This document shows, piece by piece, positions 27,901-37,114 of a stretch of DNA of 64,000 nt. Within the stretch, counting starts at the first letter, position 1. Each line of letters begins with the position of its first letter. Both the position numbers and the translations under genes were made by a program. The stretch lies in the IMG/VR virus record IMGVR_UViG_3300030104_007872, positions 1 through 64,000 of that record; one strand, given 5' to 3'. Under the pieces are notes generated by a model that saw nothing but the letters and a program-made list of their open reading frames with translations, was not told where the DNA came from and searched no databases. The DNA comes from a virus.

Positions 27901-30900
27901 TTCGGGATGAGCCTACGGGGGCTATTCCAAGGGGAGCGGGGGGTTTTGTTCCAAATTATAATATTGGTATGGGGCTGCGCCCCCCAGCGGCTGCTGCTGG
28001 TGGTGCTGGCCCTCAGAGTTTGGGGGCAAGAGCCTTAGACAAAAGCCTGAAGGGTTTGTCGGCATCAGTAAGAGCAACAGGTAAGGGCATTGTCGCCTTG
28101 GGTGGCTCGGCGGGACTGGGAATTGAAAAGCTTTTTGCTCTTCAGATTGGCATGACCGCTCTAACAGGCATGACTTCCGAAGCGGAGAGTGGTATGGGTA
28201 AATTTGCTCACGGTTTGAGTAGCGCGTTAAACGCGGTCGTTATGACCAGTTTTGCAATGCAAGGTCTTCAGGGTTTTGCGAAAGAGGGGAGTGCGGCGGC
28301 TGGTGTACTGGGTAAGTTGGGTGTAGCAGCCGTTGGAGCAACTGTAGCGTTTCAGGTTTTTAAGGGCTTAAAGTCTATATTTAATGAGGTCACAGGAGTA
28401 AATAAGTCTGCTAACGTGCAGATAGCATTATTGGCGGATGCCGCCAAAGATGCAAGCTTAAGTCTTGCAGGCTTAACCGCTGTGCAACAAAATGAGCTAA
28501 AGGAGGAGGCTAAGGAAATTTTTGAGGCGAGGGGCGGCGAAGGTAGATTTAAGTTCAGGGGTTTTCAAGGAGACGACGAAGAGATTGAGCAACGATTTGG
28601 AGAAGCTATTGCTTTCGCTCGGCAAGGCGGCACGGGTAGGGCAGAGATAAATAGGCTCATAACAGAAATGTTTGAGATCACATCGGGCACCAGAATAATA
28701 GTGGATGAGTTTGAGGGGATCATAGACGCGAGTACAGTTACCAATGAGGTAATTGAAAGAACTTTAGCTAAAATACTAGACTCAGGAAGGGATACCGCAG
28801 AGCGAATTGACAGAATTCTTAGTGGCGTTGGCGAACGGGAGCGTGGAATTTTAGGCAGGCCACGACCAGATCAATCCACGCCAACAATCTTTGGTTTACC
28901 CGTTCTGTCACCACAACAGATTGGTGGGGAGCTACAAAGAAGGGCTGTACGGGATGAATTGAAAAAGGAGCTAATGCTTAGGGCCAAGATAGATGACGTA
29001 ACCGCAGAGCAGAAAGTTAGGGAATTCGAGATGGCTCAGGTTATTGCTGAAAAAAATAACAATCTGGAAAAGGAAGCTAATGTTAGACGCATGGCCGCGA
29101 ATGAAGCCAAGCAGATCTTGGACATTGAAATTAAAATGGCTCAAATTCAAGTCGAAAACAAAGCGGCCATTAAGGATGTGCAAGACCAAAGAAAAATCAT
29201 CATGGGTCTTTCAGATGCCGAAATCGCGAATATGCGAGAACAAAAGGGGCTGCGTGATATTGAAGTAGCTGCACATAAAAATATTCTCAGCTTAATAAAG
29301 GATGAGGTTGGAAACATAGAAGAATTAACACTTGAGCAAAGAGAACAGCAAATAGTAGCACAAGCACTGGCTGGTCTTGATAGGAAACAGCTTCAAGATA
29401 AGGAGGCAATCAAATCCGTCTTGATTAACACTATTGATCTTCAAGGCAAGGAGGGTGATGCTTTAAGAATAGCAGAAGCATTAGCAAATGGAAAATTAGA
29501 TGCGGTCTTTAGAGAGATGGAGTTAAGAAAGCGTGGTCTTGTCGATTTGGAAAAAGAACGAAGGGAAAACGAACAAATTACCAGAAGTATTAAAGAGCGT
29601 TTGGAGTTCGCTAAACTTGCGGCGGGGGGCCAGAGATTTGAGACTGAACTGGGCACTCGCCAGAGAAGGACTGAGTTAGGTCTCCAACGAGAGAGAATTC
29701 AGGAAAGCACTATGAGGGACGCCCAAAAGAATCGAGCCCTAGCGGAAATAGCCAATGAACTTGCCGAACTTGATTTGACTGATGCCAAGGCTCAAGCCAT
29801 TGAAAAAACCACGACGAGCGTAGAGGAGCTTATTTCAAAAATCCCCAGTCTTGAATCTGCTCTTAGACCCTTGTTGAATATGCTTGCTGACCCCGTTCAA
29901 GGTGGAACTGGAGCGCAGATTTCTGAAGTGGGAGAGGGAGTAAGGAAAGCTGTCGCTGCGAGCGGTGGAGTTGGGGCGCAATTTATGAGTCCCATTGTTC
30001 AGGAAGTCGTCGGGGTTGGGTTGTCTTCTGAAATGAAACTGGCGGCTGCTGCAACTGCTCAAGAAACAGAGGAAACGGGTAAATTGACTCAGGCGAAGGA
30101 GGCCGAGACAAAAGCCACAAATGACCAAAGAACTACATTGGCAGGCGTTAATAAAGCTCTTATTAGTTTAAGAAGAAATTTAATCGGTGCTACTGACGCT
30201 GGCTCCATAGTCTCAGCAATCAGGGACGAACAAAAAGAATTAAGAACTGGCGCAAGAGGAGTAACTGACATTAGCGAATCTGGCATAGAGTTTGATTTCG
30301 CTAAACAGAAAATACTTGATCAACAATTTTTAGCTCAGACACAAGCCGAATCCAATCAACTCGGTAGGCAGTTGGACTTCTTAGATCGAATGAGAGACGT
30401 TAAGGCGGCGATGTTGAGGGGTGACATCAATCGTGAGGAAGCTGCTCGGAAAATTTTACAAATTGAAAAGGAAAGGTTGGCTGTAAACAGCACCCTTGCC
30501 AACAGATGGAAGGATACTTTTGACACTAGTGCTGCCGAAAGACAAAGACAAATAACCAACGCTTGGGTTTCAGGTGCAAAACAATTTGCAGATGCCATTG
30601 GCAACGGTTTGGTGGATGCCATTGCGAAGGGTGAATCGTTAGGCGATTCGCTTCGTAATGCCGCTGCAAGTTTTGCAGATATGATGGCGCGAGCCTACAT
30701 GCAACAGGCGGCAAATCGAATAGTTGGTAATGTTGGTGGCGGCATGATAAGTGGCGGTGGCGGTGGAGGCGGCATTGGCGGCGGCGGCATTTTGAGGGGC
30801 ATTGGTAATTTCATTGGCGGGCTTTTCCAAAGCGGTGGAATGGTTAGGGGTGGCTCTGGAACCAAAGATGATGTGCCTGCCGTCTTGACGGGTGGCGAAT

Positions 30901-31958
30901 TTGTAATGAGGAGAGGTGCCGTTAGCAAATACGGCGCTCCTTTTATGGAGGCTTTAAACGCAGGAGCGGTTACAGGCTTTCAGTATGGCGGAAGAGTTCA
31001 GAGGGGTAATAATTTATTTACTCCAAGTAAGAGCCGTGGATCAATAGTTGGGTCTAGTAATTTACTAAGATTTGCAACTCAGGGCTTCACTAGTGGCGCC
31101 TCAGATGTAATTGTTGGAGGCTCTGGTGTGGCGGGTATTGGCTTGGAAGCTGAAAGTGTCCGCTTAACAAATCGTGGCAGAATGCTTGGTCCTCGTGCTG
31201 AGAGATTAAGGGAATCCAAACAAACCGCTTTTGGTTTAGTTGGTGAGCAGGAGGGCATAATGGCCAATTATAGGGAAAAGCTTTTACAGCAAAAACTTGC
31301 CAAAAAAGAAGAAAAGAAAAGGAAGAAGGAGCAGGAAGCTCAAGAAAAATATCAGAGAGAATTAGAAAAATTTCGAAGAGCAGAACAAAGAAGACAGGAG
31401 AAACGCTCTATGTGGACTAGTCTGGCTATAATTGCGGGCGGCGCTCTTTTAGGTGGAGGATTTGGTGGTTACTCAAGTCAAGTTGGTGCCGCATATGGAG
31501 GAACCGCAAACATGACCGTTGCAGGAAGCATGGCGGATAGAAGCTTCGCTAACACAGGTGGTGGACTTTTTCCCCGTGCCGCAGGGGGATATGTTCCCCG
31601 TGCCGCAGGTGTAGATACGGTTCCATCAATGTTGTCGGGTGGCGAATTTGTGATGAATGCTGGAGCCACACAGCGTTTGGGTTCAGCTAATCTAAATGCT
31701 CTGAATTCAGGCGGGGGCTCTTTAGGAGGCTCTCCAGATATAGTCGCTAAGCTAGATGAACTTATTACCGTAACCAGCGAGGGTCATGGAGACATAAATA
31801 TTGTGGTTAACTCAGATGGAGGTGGGCAAGTGCAAGGGGGAGCCGCTCCAGAAGCTGCGGCCTCAGCCCAGCGCCAATTAGCTGAATCGCTCAAACAAGC
31901 GGTGGTGAAAGAGATTGAAAACCAGAAAAGACTTGGGGGCGCCCTTAGAAGAAGATAA
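24936..31958 (+). CDS. tape measure protein
   Basis: 2340 aa; TP901-like N-terminal core (GSVIGNSFKTIFTRI), A/G-rich helices, C-terminal VPAxLxGGEFVM motifs. Confidence 0.93.
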   Translation: MPVRIPVTETGLEASILEATRRAGAKAGKNLKINLGTNPKSIEALSQPLGRITGKADEFTKSMEAANARVLAFGASVGVLSAVTKGFKDLVTVTIEVEKQLTSINTIVGGTAAELSKFKKEIFDVARETEQSFDTVAEAALELSRQGLSAEDVLKRLGDSMILTRLSGLGAGEAVAGLTAAINSFTKAGVTSEEVLNKLSAAAVSAAVSERDLIEGIKRSGAVAVQAGVSLDELIGVISAVQQRTARGGSVIGNSFKTIFTRIQSLDKLETMQNLGVQVTDLQGDVLPAIQLIKNLAGALNALPEAKQLQIAEKLVGKFQIAPFLAILEDYNSEAQIAIEVTKVAQNATTEAYQRNVALNKTLSAAINEATINLKELANTLGEIGVTDSLKNILGFFNTLVSKIQDVMEGEGLGSDFARAIVKGISNVISGPGLAIFGAIIAKLTIDLAKFGTKALTTFFGMNSAAKQIATTQGAIASTLLSNQEIQKRILSIENSTLSVEQKRKAQMDFFTTALNAQYATMQKMQTIAGRIAPGVVKGTSGGGRGAGGFVPNFDAVRGYGPQRGMIPNFDAVRGYAQENADISRGVGGAPASARPVAIPNFNFGQGQRGTMIANTSEVMVPNYAGGGSAIFNRDMIGAAGMPRGARSITGASGYIPNFQRGLKKDQAGFEHSFRNASISNLDKTIANSKNAAAVAAAKAVKDKRQGKKAGVISFNAKDYGVAAMFAGKGSAVRSVNQQLDTLIKSGGEAALRASQLKKMGATAINYSGVQVQDLESMKNRKRGKINEPSNRRALSRFFLKPLQRYGNFMTDTIFDGNELAQIQNQNRKFVSGPDIFSSSVEGGLFEAAIRLVTKGAKASRAFKSHSDSQAAFDFEETSPPQQGFKDAFGFGRNLRRADAKRTADADSVRTLISKTLRTDDGFQAMKSAARRQGFKGAASGYIPNFASPLQDAIAREMSAGIPINQVRINQDGGLRNAGNPMGLAVTNIRDEPTGAIPRGAGGFVPNYNIGMGLRPPAAAAGGAGPQSLGARALDKSLKGLSASVRATGKGIVALGGSAGLGIEKLFALQIGMTALTGMTSEAESGMGKFAHGLSSALNAVVMTSFAMQGLQGFAKEGSAAAGVLGKLGVAAVGATVAFQVFKGLKSIFNEVTGVNKSANVQIALLADAAKDASLSLAGLTAVQQNELKEEAKEIFEARGGEGRFKFRGFQGDDEEIEQRFGEAIAFARQGGTGRAEINRLITEMFEITSGTRIIVDEFEGIIDASTVTNEVIERTLAKILDSGRDTAERIDRILSGVGERERGILGRPRPDQSTPTIFGLPVLSPQQIGGELQRRAVRDELKKELMLRAKIDDVTAEQKVREFEMAQVIAEKNNNLEKEANVRRMAANEAKQILDIEIKMAQIQVENKAAIKDVQDQRKIIMGLSDAEIANMREQKGLRDIEVAAHKNILSLIKDEVGNIEELTLEQREQQIVAQALAGLDRKQLQDKEAIKSVLINTIDLQGKEGDALRIAEALANGKLDAVFREMELRKRGLVDLEKERRENEQITRSIKERLEFAKLAAGGQRFETELGTRQRRTELGLQRERIQESTMRDAQKNRALAEIANELAELDLTDAKAQAIEKTTTSVEELISKIPSLESALRPLLNMLADPVQGGTGAQISEVGEGVRKAVAASGGVGAQFMSPIVQEVVGVGLSSEMKLAAAATAQETEETGKLTQAKEAETKATNDQRTTLAGVNKALISLRRNLIGATDAGSIVSAIRDEQKELRTGARGVTDISESGIEFDFAKQKILDQQFLAQTQAESNQLGRQLDFLDRMRDVKAAMLRGDINREEAARKILQIEKERLAVNSTLANRWKDTFDTSAAERQRQITNAWVSGAKQFADAIGNGLVDAIAKGESLGDSLRNAAASFADMMARAYMQQAANRIVGNVGGGMISGGGGGGGIGGGGILRGIGNFIGGLFQSGGMVRGGSGTKDDVPAVLTGGEFVMRRGAVSKYGAPFMEALNAGAVTGFQYGGRVQRGNNLFTPSKSRGSIVGSSNLLRFATQGFTSGASDVIVGGSGVAGIGLEAESVRLTNRGRMLGPRAERLRESKQTAFGLVGEQEGIMANYREKLLQQKLAKKEEKKRKKEQEAQEKYQRELEKFRRAEQRRQEKRSMWTSLAIIAGGALLGGGFGGYSSQVGAAYGGTANMTVAGSMADRSFANTGGGLFPRAAGGYVPRAAGVDTVPSMLSGGEFVMNAGATQRLGSANLNALNSGGGSLGGSPDIVAKLDELITVTSEGHGDINIVVNSDGGGQVQGGAAPEAAASAQRQLAESLKQAVVKEIENQKRLGGALRRR

Positions 31959-32752
31959 TGTTTGGAGCGCGTTTAAATTATGAGTCCAGATTTTTTGTCA
32001 CTGGGCAGGAATTGTCTGGCATTGACTCTATTGACATAGGATACGCTAACGCCACGAATATTTTGCAGCCACTTGGCTTTCCGACGGGCTTAACAGTCGT
32101 TGCTGGCCCGACAGAAGAATCTTTGTCGCTCTCTAGGTATCTTGTTTATGACGATCCCATTCTTGCTTTTACGGGTGACTCATGCATGTCGGGTAGTATT
32201 AATTATCAAGGAAAAGCCTATGGTTTTGATAGTGGTTACCTAAATAATTATTCCGTCAATTGCGCCGTGGGCAACATTCCGAGGGTCAATGCTAGTTTTT
32301 TAGTTTATGATGAAATGAGGACTGGGGATGGTGCTGACGCCTCAGGCGCCATAGCCGCGCCAACACTTCACATACCCAATCAAGGTTCCATCACTGTCAC
32401 TTGCGATAATTCAACAACCAACAGAGTTGTTGGTTTTGATTATTCAATTACCTGCAATCGCAAGCCTTATTACACAATAGGTTCTGAAAAGGCGGCTGAT
32501 GTAAAATTGATACCGCCGCTGATCTATAATGCTACGGTTCAATTGGACGTTGATGACGCCTTCATGGAAAGTGGATTTAGTTTCTTGGGAACAGGTAAAG
32601 AGCAAAGAGGCGTTTCATTTACCATCAATGGTCGCGATGGAACTGCTCTGCAATCTCTTACTGTCCCTCAAGCCTGTTTAACATCTGAGCAGTTAAATGC
32701 TTCGGCGGATGGCGCATTAAGATTAACTCTAACTTATATGGGACACTCATGA
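31958..32752 (+). CDS. tail-tube-fold distal tail protein
   Basis: Follows TMP; GYLNNYSVNCAVGNIPRVNASF matches the tube protein motif. Confidence 0.65.
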   Translation: MFGARLNYESRFFVTGQELSGIDSIDIGYANATNILQPLGFPTGLTVVAGPTEESLSLSRYLVYDDPILAFTGDSCMSGSINYQGKAYGFDSGYLNNYSVNCAVGNIPRVNASFLVYDEMRTGDGADASGAIAAPTLHIPNQGSITVTCDNSTTNRVVGFDYSITCNRKPYYTIGSEKAADVKLIPPLIYNATVQLDVDDAFMESGFSFLGTGKEQRGVSFTINGRDGTALQSLTVPQACLTSEQLNASADGALRLTLTYMGHS

Positions 32753-33729
32753 GCGAAGATTTATTTTACAACAGAGACAGAAATATATCAGGTGTTTCTA
32801 CGCCCACTGAATTAACGTCACTAAACCTTACGCCTTCTTATGGCTCACAGGTGCAATTCAGCGCCAATAATGGTGAATACGTTACAGATAATTTTTATAC
32901 CAATAGGATTCCCTTATCTTTAAATAGCTTATCTGCCTCCTTTAGGGTTAGGTATCAAGTTAATGAAGTGAATGGTAGGAGGTTAGCTAATTTCTTTGAA
33001 AGCAAATCTGGAAATCGCAGTTTTGAATTCAACCCCGACAGTTCCAGAATTTATAAAAATGTATCAGGTTTTTGCAATTCATACCTGATCAATTTTACAA
33101 ACAATCAGCATTATGATGTCGCGGCAGAAGTGTCCTGTGATACGGGGCCAACTCTCTTAAAATGGTCGGGTGGGTGTTATGTTAATACGGGTGTTCGTAA
33201 ATGGCATGTAGGAGAACAATATCATAAGTATGATATTATTTATACTGGCATAAACCCACAAAACAAGCTGGATAACTTTTATTATGCGACTGCTACCCAT
33301 ACAGCGTCGAGTCCTGAAGCGGATGGCCCTTCAGGAACTAGCCCTCAATGGACACAAGACTTCTTTTTTAACCCAGATATAGGATTAAGTACGCAAGTGG
33401 ACATAAAAGTGGACAAATTAAATTATGAGAATTCAGTCACAGAAAGACTAAAAACAAGTCAGAATGCCGCATCCATGTCGTTTAGTTATACATTTAAAGA
33501 TTTACCAGAAAGACAGACCAAGGCAATGTTGCACTTTTTAGAAAACAAAGGTGGCTATAGAAGGTTTAAAGTTGGCATAACGGGAACAGCGGGTGTTTTG
33601 CCTATTTATAATAGATCTAAAGTTTGTCATTCTCCTAGCTGGTCTCATACTTGGAAATATTTTGATTCGAATGACCTTCAGGTGACATTAATTGAAGACC
33701 CAATGGGTGTAATTCCAACAGGAACATAA
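32749..33729 (+). CDS. minor tail protein (two lambda gpM-like halves around a small carbohydrate-binding-like insert)
   Basis: LANFFESKSGNRSF and MLHFLENKGGYRRF repeats; WHVGEQYHKYDIIY insert. Confidence 0.6.
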   Translation: MSEDLFYNRDRNISGVSTPTELTSLNLTPSYGSQVQFSANNGEYVTDNFYTNRIPLSLNSLSASFRVRYQVNEVNGRRLANFFESKSGNRSFEFNPDSSRIYKNVSGFCNSYLINFTNNQHYDVAAEVSCDTGPTLLKWSGGCYVNTGVRKWHVGEQYHKYDIIYTGINPQNKLDNFYYATATHTASSPEADGPSGTSPQWTQDFFFNPDIGLSTQVDIKVDKLNYENSVTERLKTSQNAASMSFSYTFKDLPERQTKAMLHFLENKGGYRRFKVGITGTAGVLPIYNRSKVCHSPSWSHTWKYFDSNDLQVTLIEDPMGVIPTGT

Positions 33730-33731
33730 CA

Positions 33732-34823
33732 ATGCCTCGTAACAGGAATATAATAAAAAGCAATAATACTGCTGTGGCCGTGCAAAATGGTGGTGGAAAC
33801 GCCTTTTCGACAATCGATCTGGATTTAAACTTATTCACCACGGTTCAGGATGGCAACTACAACGTATCATTCGAGCGCTCACCCTTGAAACAAGTGGGGA
33901 GTCAGCTTTACACCACTCAAGATCTTGTTAGGCAACCAGATGTAGAGTTGGCGCTTTCATATTACCCTGAGCCCAGCATGTCAAATGAGAACTTTGGTGG
34001 CCTATTAAAGACTTATCCAACGGCTGACTCCATACAGGCACTTTCGGGCGTAACGGATTTTTCCACCAATTTTTTTGTTTTAACTGCACCCTACCAAGGC
34101 GATGATGCTTTAGAAAAGATAGCGTTCGATGAGGCGAGTAATGATCTCAGTGATTGGGATGCAACGGTCTTTGGAAATTGTTATTTAACAAGTTATCAAT
34201 TAACTTATGCTGCGCGACAATTGCCAGTTGCATCGATGGGATTTGTTTGCTCAAATATGCAATTTGAAACCTTAACTGGAACCACAATGGAGTCGCCCGC
34301 AGTCAATCTGGAAAACGGAAACGCTACTGGCGGTAAGTGTTTGTTTCAATTTGATAACGCCATACGAGATCCCGTGATTGTAAACCCTAATTCTACGGGT
34401 AGCAGTGTAACTTTACAAAATTTACAGGTTGGTGGTCAGCGGCTTGTTGACAAACACCTTATTCAATCAGTGGATATGTCGATAACCATGGATAGAGCAT
34501 CCATGTATGGCCTTGGTAATAATTTTGCTTATGATAGAAAGCTGGAGCTTCCAGCAAGGGGAAGCTTTAATGTTTCCTCTCTTGTATCGGGTGTCAGTCA
34601 AACTACTGGCTCTGTCACGGGTTTATTAACAGGGGATTCCTCTTATGACTTCGAATTGGTTTTAGAAGGAAGCGGTAAGAGCATGAGATATTCCATTGAG
34701 GGTGCTAAGCTAAATTCAATTAGTTATGGAATGCCAATCGGCAGCTTCATGACTTATGATGCGAGTTTTAATTTTGAGGTTACCGAATCTTACGGTTTAC
34801 GAGTAAGAGGTACAGCTTATTAG
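33732..34823 (+). CDS. tail tube paralogue
   Basis: Collinear motif similarity to 19648..20865 along its length. Confidence 0.7.
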   Translation: MPRNRNIIKSNNTAVAVQNGGGNAFSTIDLDLNLFTTVQDGNYNVSFERSPLKQVGSQLYTTQDLVRQPDVELALSYYPEPSMSNENFGGLLKTYPTADSIQALSGVTDFSTNFFVLTAPYQGDDALEKIAFDEASNDLSDWDATVFGNCYLTSYQLTYAARQLPVASMGFVCSNMQFETLTGTTMESPAVNLENGNATGGKCLFQFDNAIRDPVIVNPNSTGSSVTLQNLQVGGQRLVDKHLIQSVDMSITMDRASMYGLGNNFAYDRKLELPARGSFNVSSLVSGVSQTTGSVTGLLTGDSSYDFELVLEGSGKSMRYSIEGAKLNSISYGMPIGSFMTYDASFNFEVTESYGLRVRGTAY

Positions 34824-35203
34824 TCATAATCAACCTTTACGTTTTTACTCTCGTAGGTTTTTTTCATCTCAGCCATGTGTTTGGCGCCATTTCGTTTTTC
34901 AGAATAATTTTTGAAGTATTTTTGCTTCACTGGATCTATTCCACCATTGGCAGCAGCCCTCTTTTCGCTGAGTTCACTAGAGTAATCCATCATATCTCCA
35001 TAGGTGCCCTTTTTGTTGTATGTGGAGTCTATAAACTGTTGATTACTAAATGGATCTATATTGGCATCCACTGAGGCATTCGGCGCCAAGAATACTCTGT
35101 CCCACGTTACCCCATCTTTCTCATAAACGTGTTCGTCATTCATACCCTGAAAAACTTCTTCGTATTCTTCTCTCTCTGGGTGCTTGTAAACGTAAATAGG
35201 CAT
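34820..35203 (-). CDS. FmdB-like small protein
   Basis: MPIYVYKHP N-terminus; TATAAT 5 nt before ATG. Confidence 0.65.
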   Translation of the reverse strand: MPIYVYKHPEREEYEEVFQGMNDEHVYEKDGVTWDRVFLAPNASVDANIDPFSNQQFIDSTYNKKGTYGDMMDYSSELSEKRAAANGGIDPVKQKYFKNYSEKRNGAKHMAEMKKTYESKNVKVDYD

Positions 35204-35213
35204 AATGCATTAT

Positions 35214-35247
35214 AAAAAAAAGAGAGGGTATTTCTACCCCCTCTTTC
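35214..35247 (-). terminator. rho-independent terminator after Hsp20
   Basis: Minus strand GAGGGGTA-GAAA-TACCCTCTC followed by a T-run. Confidence 0.8.
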
Positions 35248-35321
35248 AGTATGTCGCCGCAGGATCTCACTACAGGATTAATGGCCGTTATAGAGGATGC
35301 CACCAACCCATTCCTTGAGCG

Positions 35322-35642
35322 TCACTTGATCTGTATTTCCCTACCCTCGGAAACGGTCCTCTTGGGCAGTGTTAATTTTAAAAGCCCGTACTTTAAGTCG
35401 GCTGTGATGTGATCTACAGAAACAAGGTTATTTAAATACAGTTTAAATTCCTTTTCTCGGTCCTTGTTTTTTGCTGTCACCGTCAAAATGTCATCAGTGA
35501 CATTGATTACCATATCTTTCTTGGAAAACCCTGGAAGCTCAATCTCTGAAGTGTAAACATCTCCCGATTCCTTCACGCAAGACCTTTTACTTGGGGTGAT
35601 CCTATGAATGTCGTTAAACAGTGTGTTAATTAGTGTGTTCAT
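35322..35642 (-). CDS. small heat shock protein (Hsp20/alpha-crystallin)
   Basis: IELPGFSKKDMVINVTDDILTV and ADLKYGLLKLTLPK. Confidence 0.92.
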   Translation of the reverse strand: MNTLINTLFNDIHRITPSKRSCVKESGDVYTSEIELPGFSKKDMVINVTDDILTVTAKNKDREKEFKLYLNNLVSVDHITADLKYGLLKLTLPKRTVSEGREIQIK

Positions 35643-35672
35643 ACTTTATTATATGATGTAACGCGATAAGTT

Positions 35673-36752
35673 TCAAGCGGTATTTATTTGTGACAAAAGT
35701 GTATCGACTGTGTTAGAGTATGTAAACTTGTTTCGAAGTTCCAGTCCTTCCGTATTTATTTGGCCAGCCCTACCAGCCCCTTCTTCCATCATCCAAATAA
35801 CTTCTTCTTCCTCCCAAGTGTAAAAAGTGCCCTGATTAAATGGGGTATCCTTATTAAAGAAAACCCCGTCTTCAGCAGGCATTTGTCCTCGTGCAGGAAT
35901 TAAAATAGCATTTTTTTCTGTCGCCCAATCTTTATGGGAGGTCTCATTTAAAACCAAGCTCCATTTACCTAAACAGGTCGCGTTAAAAGCAGGTAAGTTC
36001 CATCCCTCGCCACCTGACAGTCCAGTTAGGTCTACATCAATTGCATTTAGGAATTCATTAACCTCCTTGTTGGTCTTTAAATATGGTAGAAAATTAATGT
36101 TAGTGTAATTTTTACCCTGACAAACCCCACTTAGAATACGATTCATGTCCTCGGGCTTAAAGAACGGGTTATTGATACAACACGACAACTGATACTTATT
36201 ATTGTTCCCGTATTTTTTTAACCAAGCCTTAATAATTCGATCAGTGTGCTTCCTATTTTCGAATTTACCCATCAAACCAAAATGAACAGTGTCCTTTAGG
36301 TAAGTCTTGTTGGTTTGATAAAAATCTTCATCAAAGCCCAGAGGTACAAATTCAGCTTTCGTTGCACCTAGATTTGCGAAATTGTTTTTTGCGTAAGATG
36401 AACTAAAAAAAGTTTTATCTTGAGCTTCACAAATCTTTAATTCGATGTCTGTCGGTTTATTACATTCGTAAAATGTCAGAAGGTATTGGTCTTTATTTTT
36501 TCTATTTTCACTACCATTTAGGTGCCAAATCTTCAAACAGGGTATTTCGGGCTTTAAGAAATCAAACCTTTTATTGATGCCGTTTTCAATATATTTACCC
36601 AAGTCAGGCGCGACAGAATAAGCGGATAAGTCGGTATTCCCCACGGGAAATATACCTAATTCAACGTCTCTCTTAAAGAGTTCTCGGACAATGTTATAGG
36701 TAACATTGCCGAGACTCAATGAGTTGAATGGGGCGTCAATCAGTAATTTCAT
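35673..36752 (-). CDS. GT-B glycosyltransferase (GT4-like)
   Basis: GKFENRK and SGGEGWNLPAFNA. Confidence 0.8.
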   Translation of the reverse strand: MKLLIDAPFNSLSLGNVTYNIVRELFKRDVELGIFPVGNTDLSAYSVAPDLGKYIENGINKRFDFLKPEIPCLKIWHLNGSENRKNKDQYLLTFYECNKPTDIELKICEAQDKTFFSSSYAKNNFANLGATKAEFVPLGFDEDFYQTNKTYLKDTVHFGLMGKFENRKHTDRIIKAWLKKYGNNNKYQLSCCINNPFFKPEDMNRILSGVCQGKNYTNINFLPYLKTNKEVNEFLNAIDVDLTGLSGGEGWNLPAFNATCLGKWSLVLNETSHKDWATEKNAILIPARGQMPAEDGVFFNKDTPFNQGTFYTWEEEEVIWMMEEGAGRAGQINTEGLELRNKFTYSNTVDTLLSQINTA

Positions 36753-37114
36753 TAAAATGGGACTTCTTCCGCTACTGGAGTGTTTGACTCAGAAGAATCG
36801 TCGTCGGATTTTTTCCCACTACCTATGAACTGAAGATCCTTACCCCTGATGTAATATTTCGTAAATGTCTTACCTTCTTTTTCCCACGATGACATGCATA
36901 GTTCGCCTTGCACAATAAATTCGCGACCCTTGGTAAGATACTGTTCTGCAATTTCTGCCGTTTTGTCCCAATACTCGCAATCAAGAAAGCATTTTGTTTT
37001 TGCGTTTGCGGAAGAGATTCCAACTCGAAGGTTGGCAACCTTTTTTCCACTCGGTGTTGTCTTTACTTCTGGATCTTTAACCAAATAAGCTGCTGCGGTG
37101 ATTGAGTTATACAT
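36752..37114 (-). CDS. ssb: single-stranded DNA-binding protein
   Basis: LVKDPEVKTT, AEQYLTKGREFIVQGEL, acidic tail ending VPF. Confidence 0.95.
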   Translation of the reverse strand: MYNSITAAAYLVKDPEVKTTPSGKKVANLRVGISSANAKTKCFLDCEYWDKTAEIAEQYLTKGREFIVQGELCMSSWEKEGKTFTKYYIRGKDLQFIGSGKKSDDDSSESNTPVAEEVPF

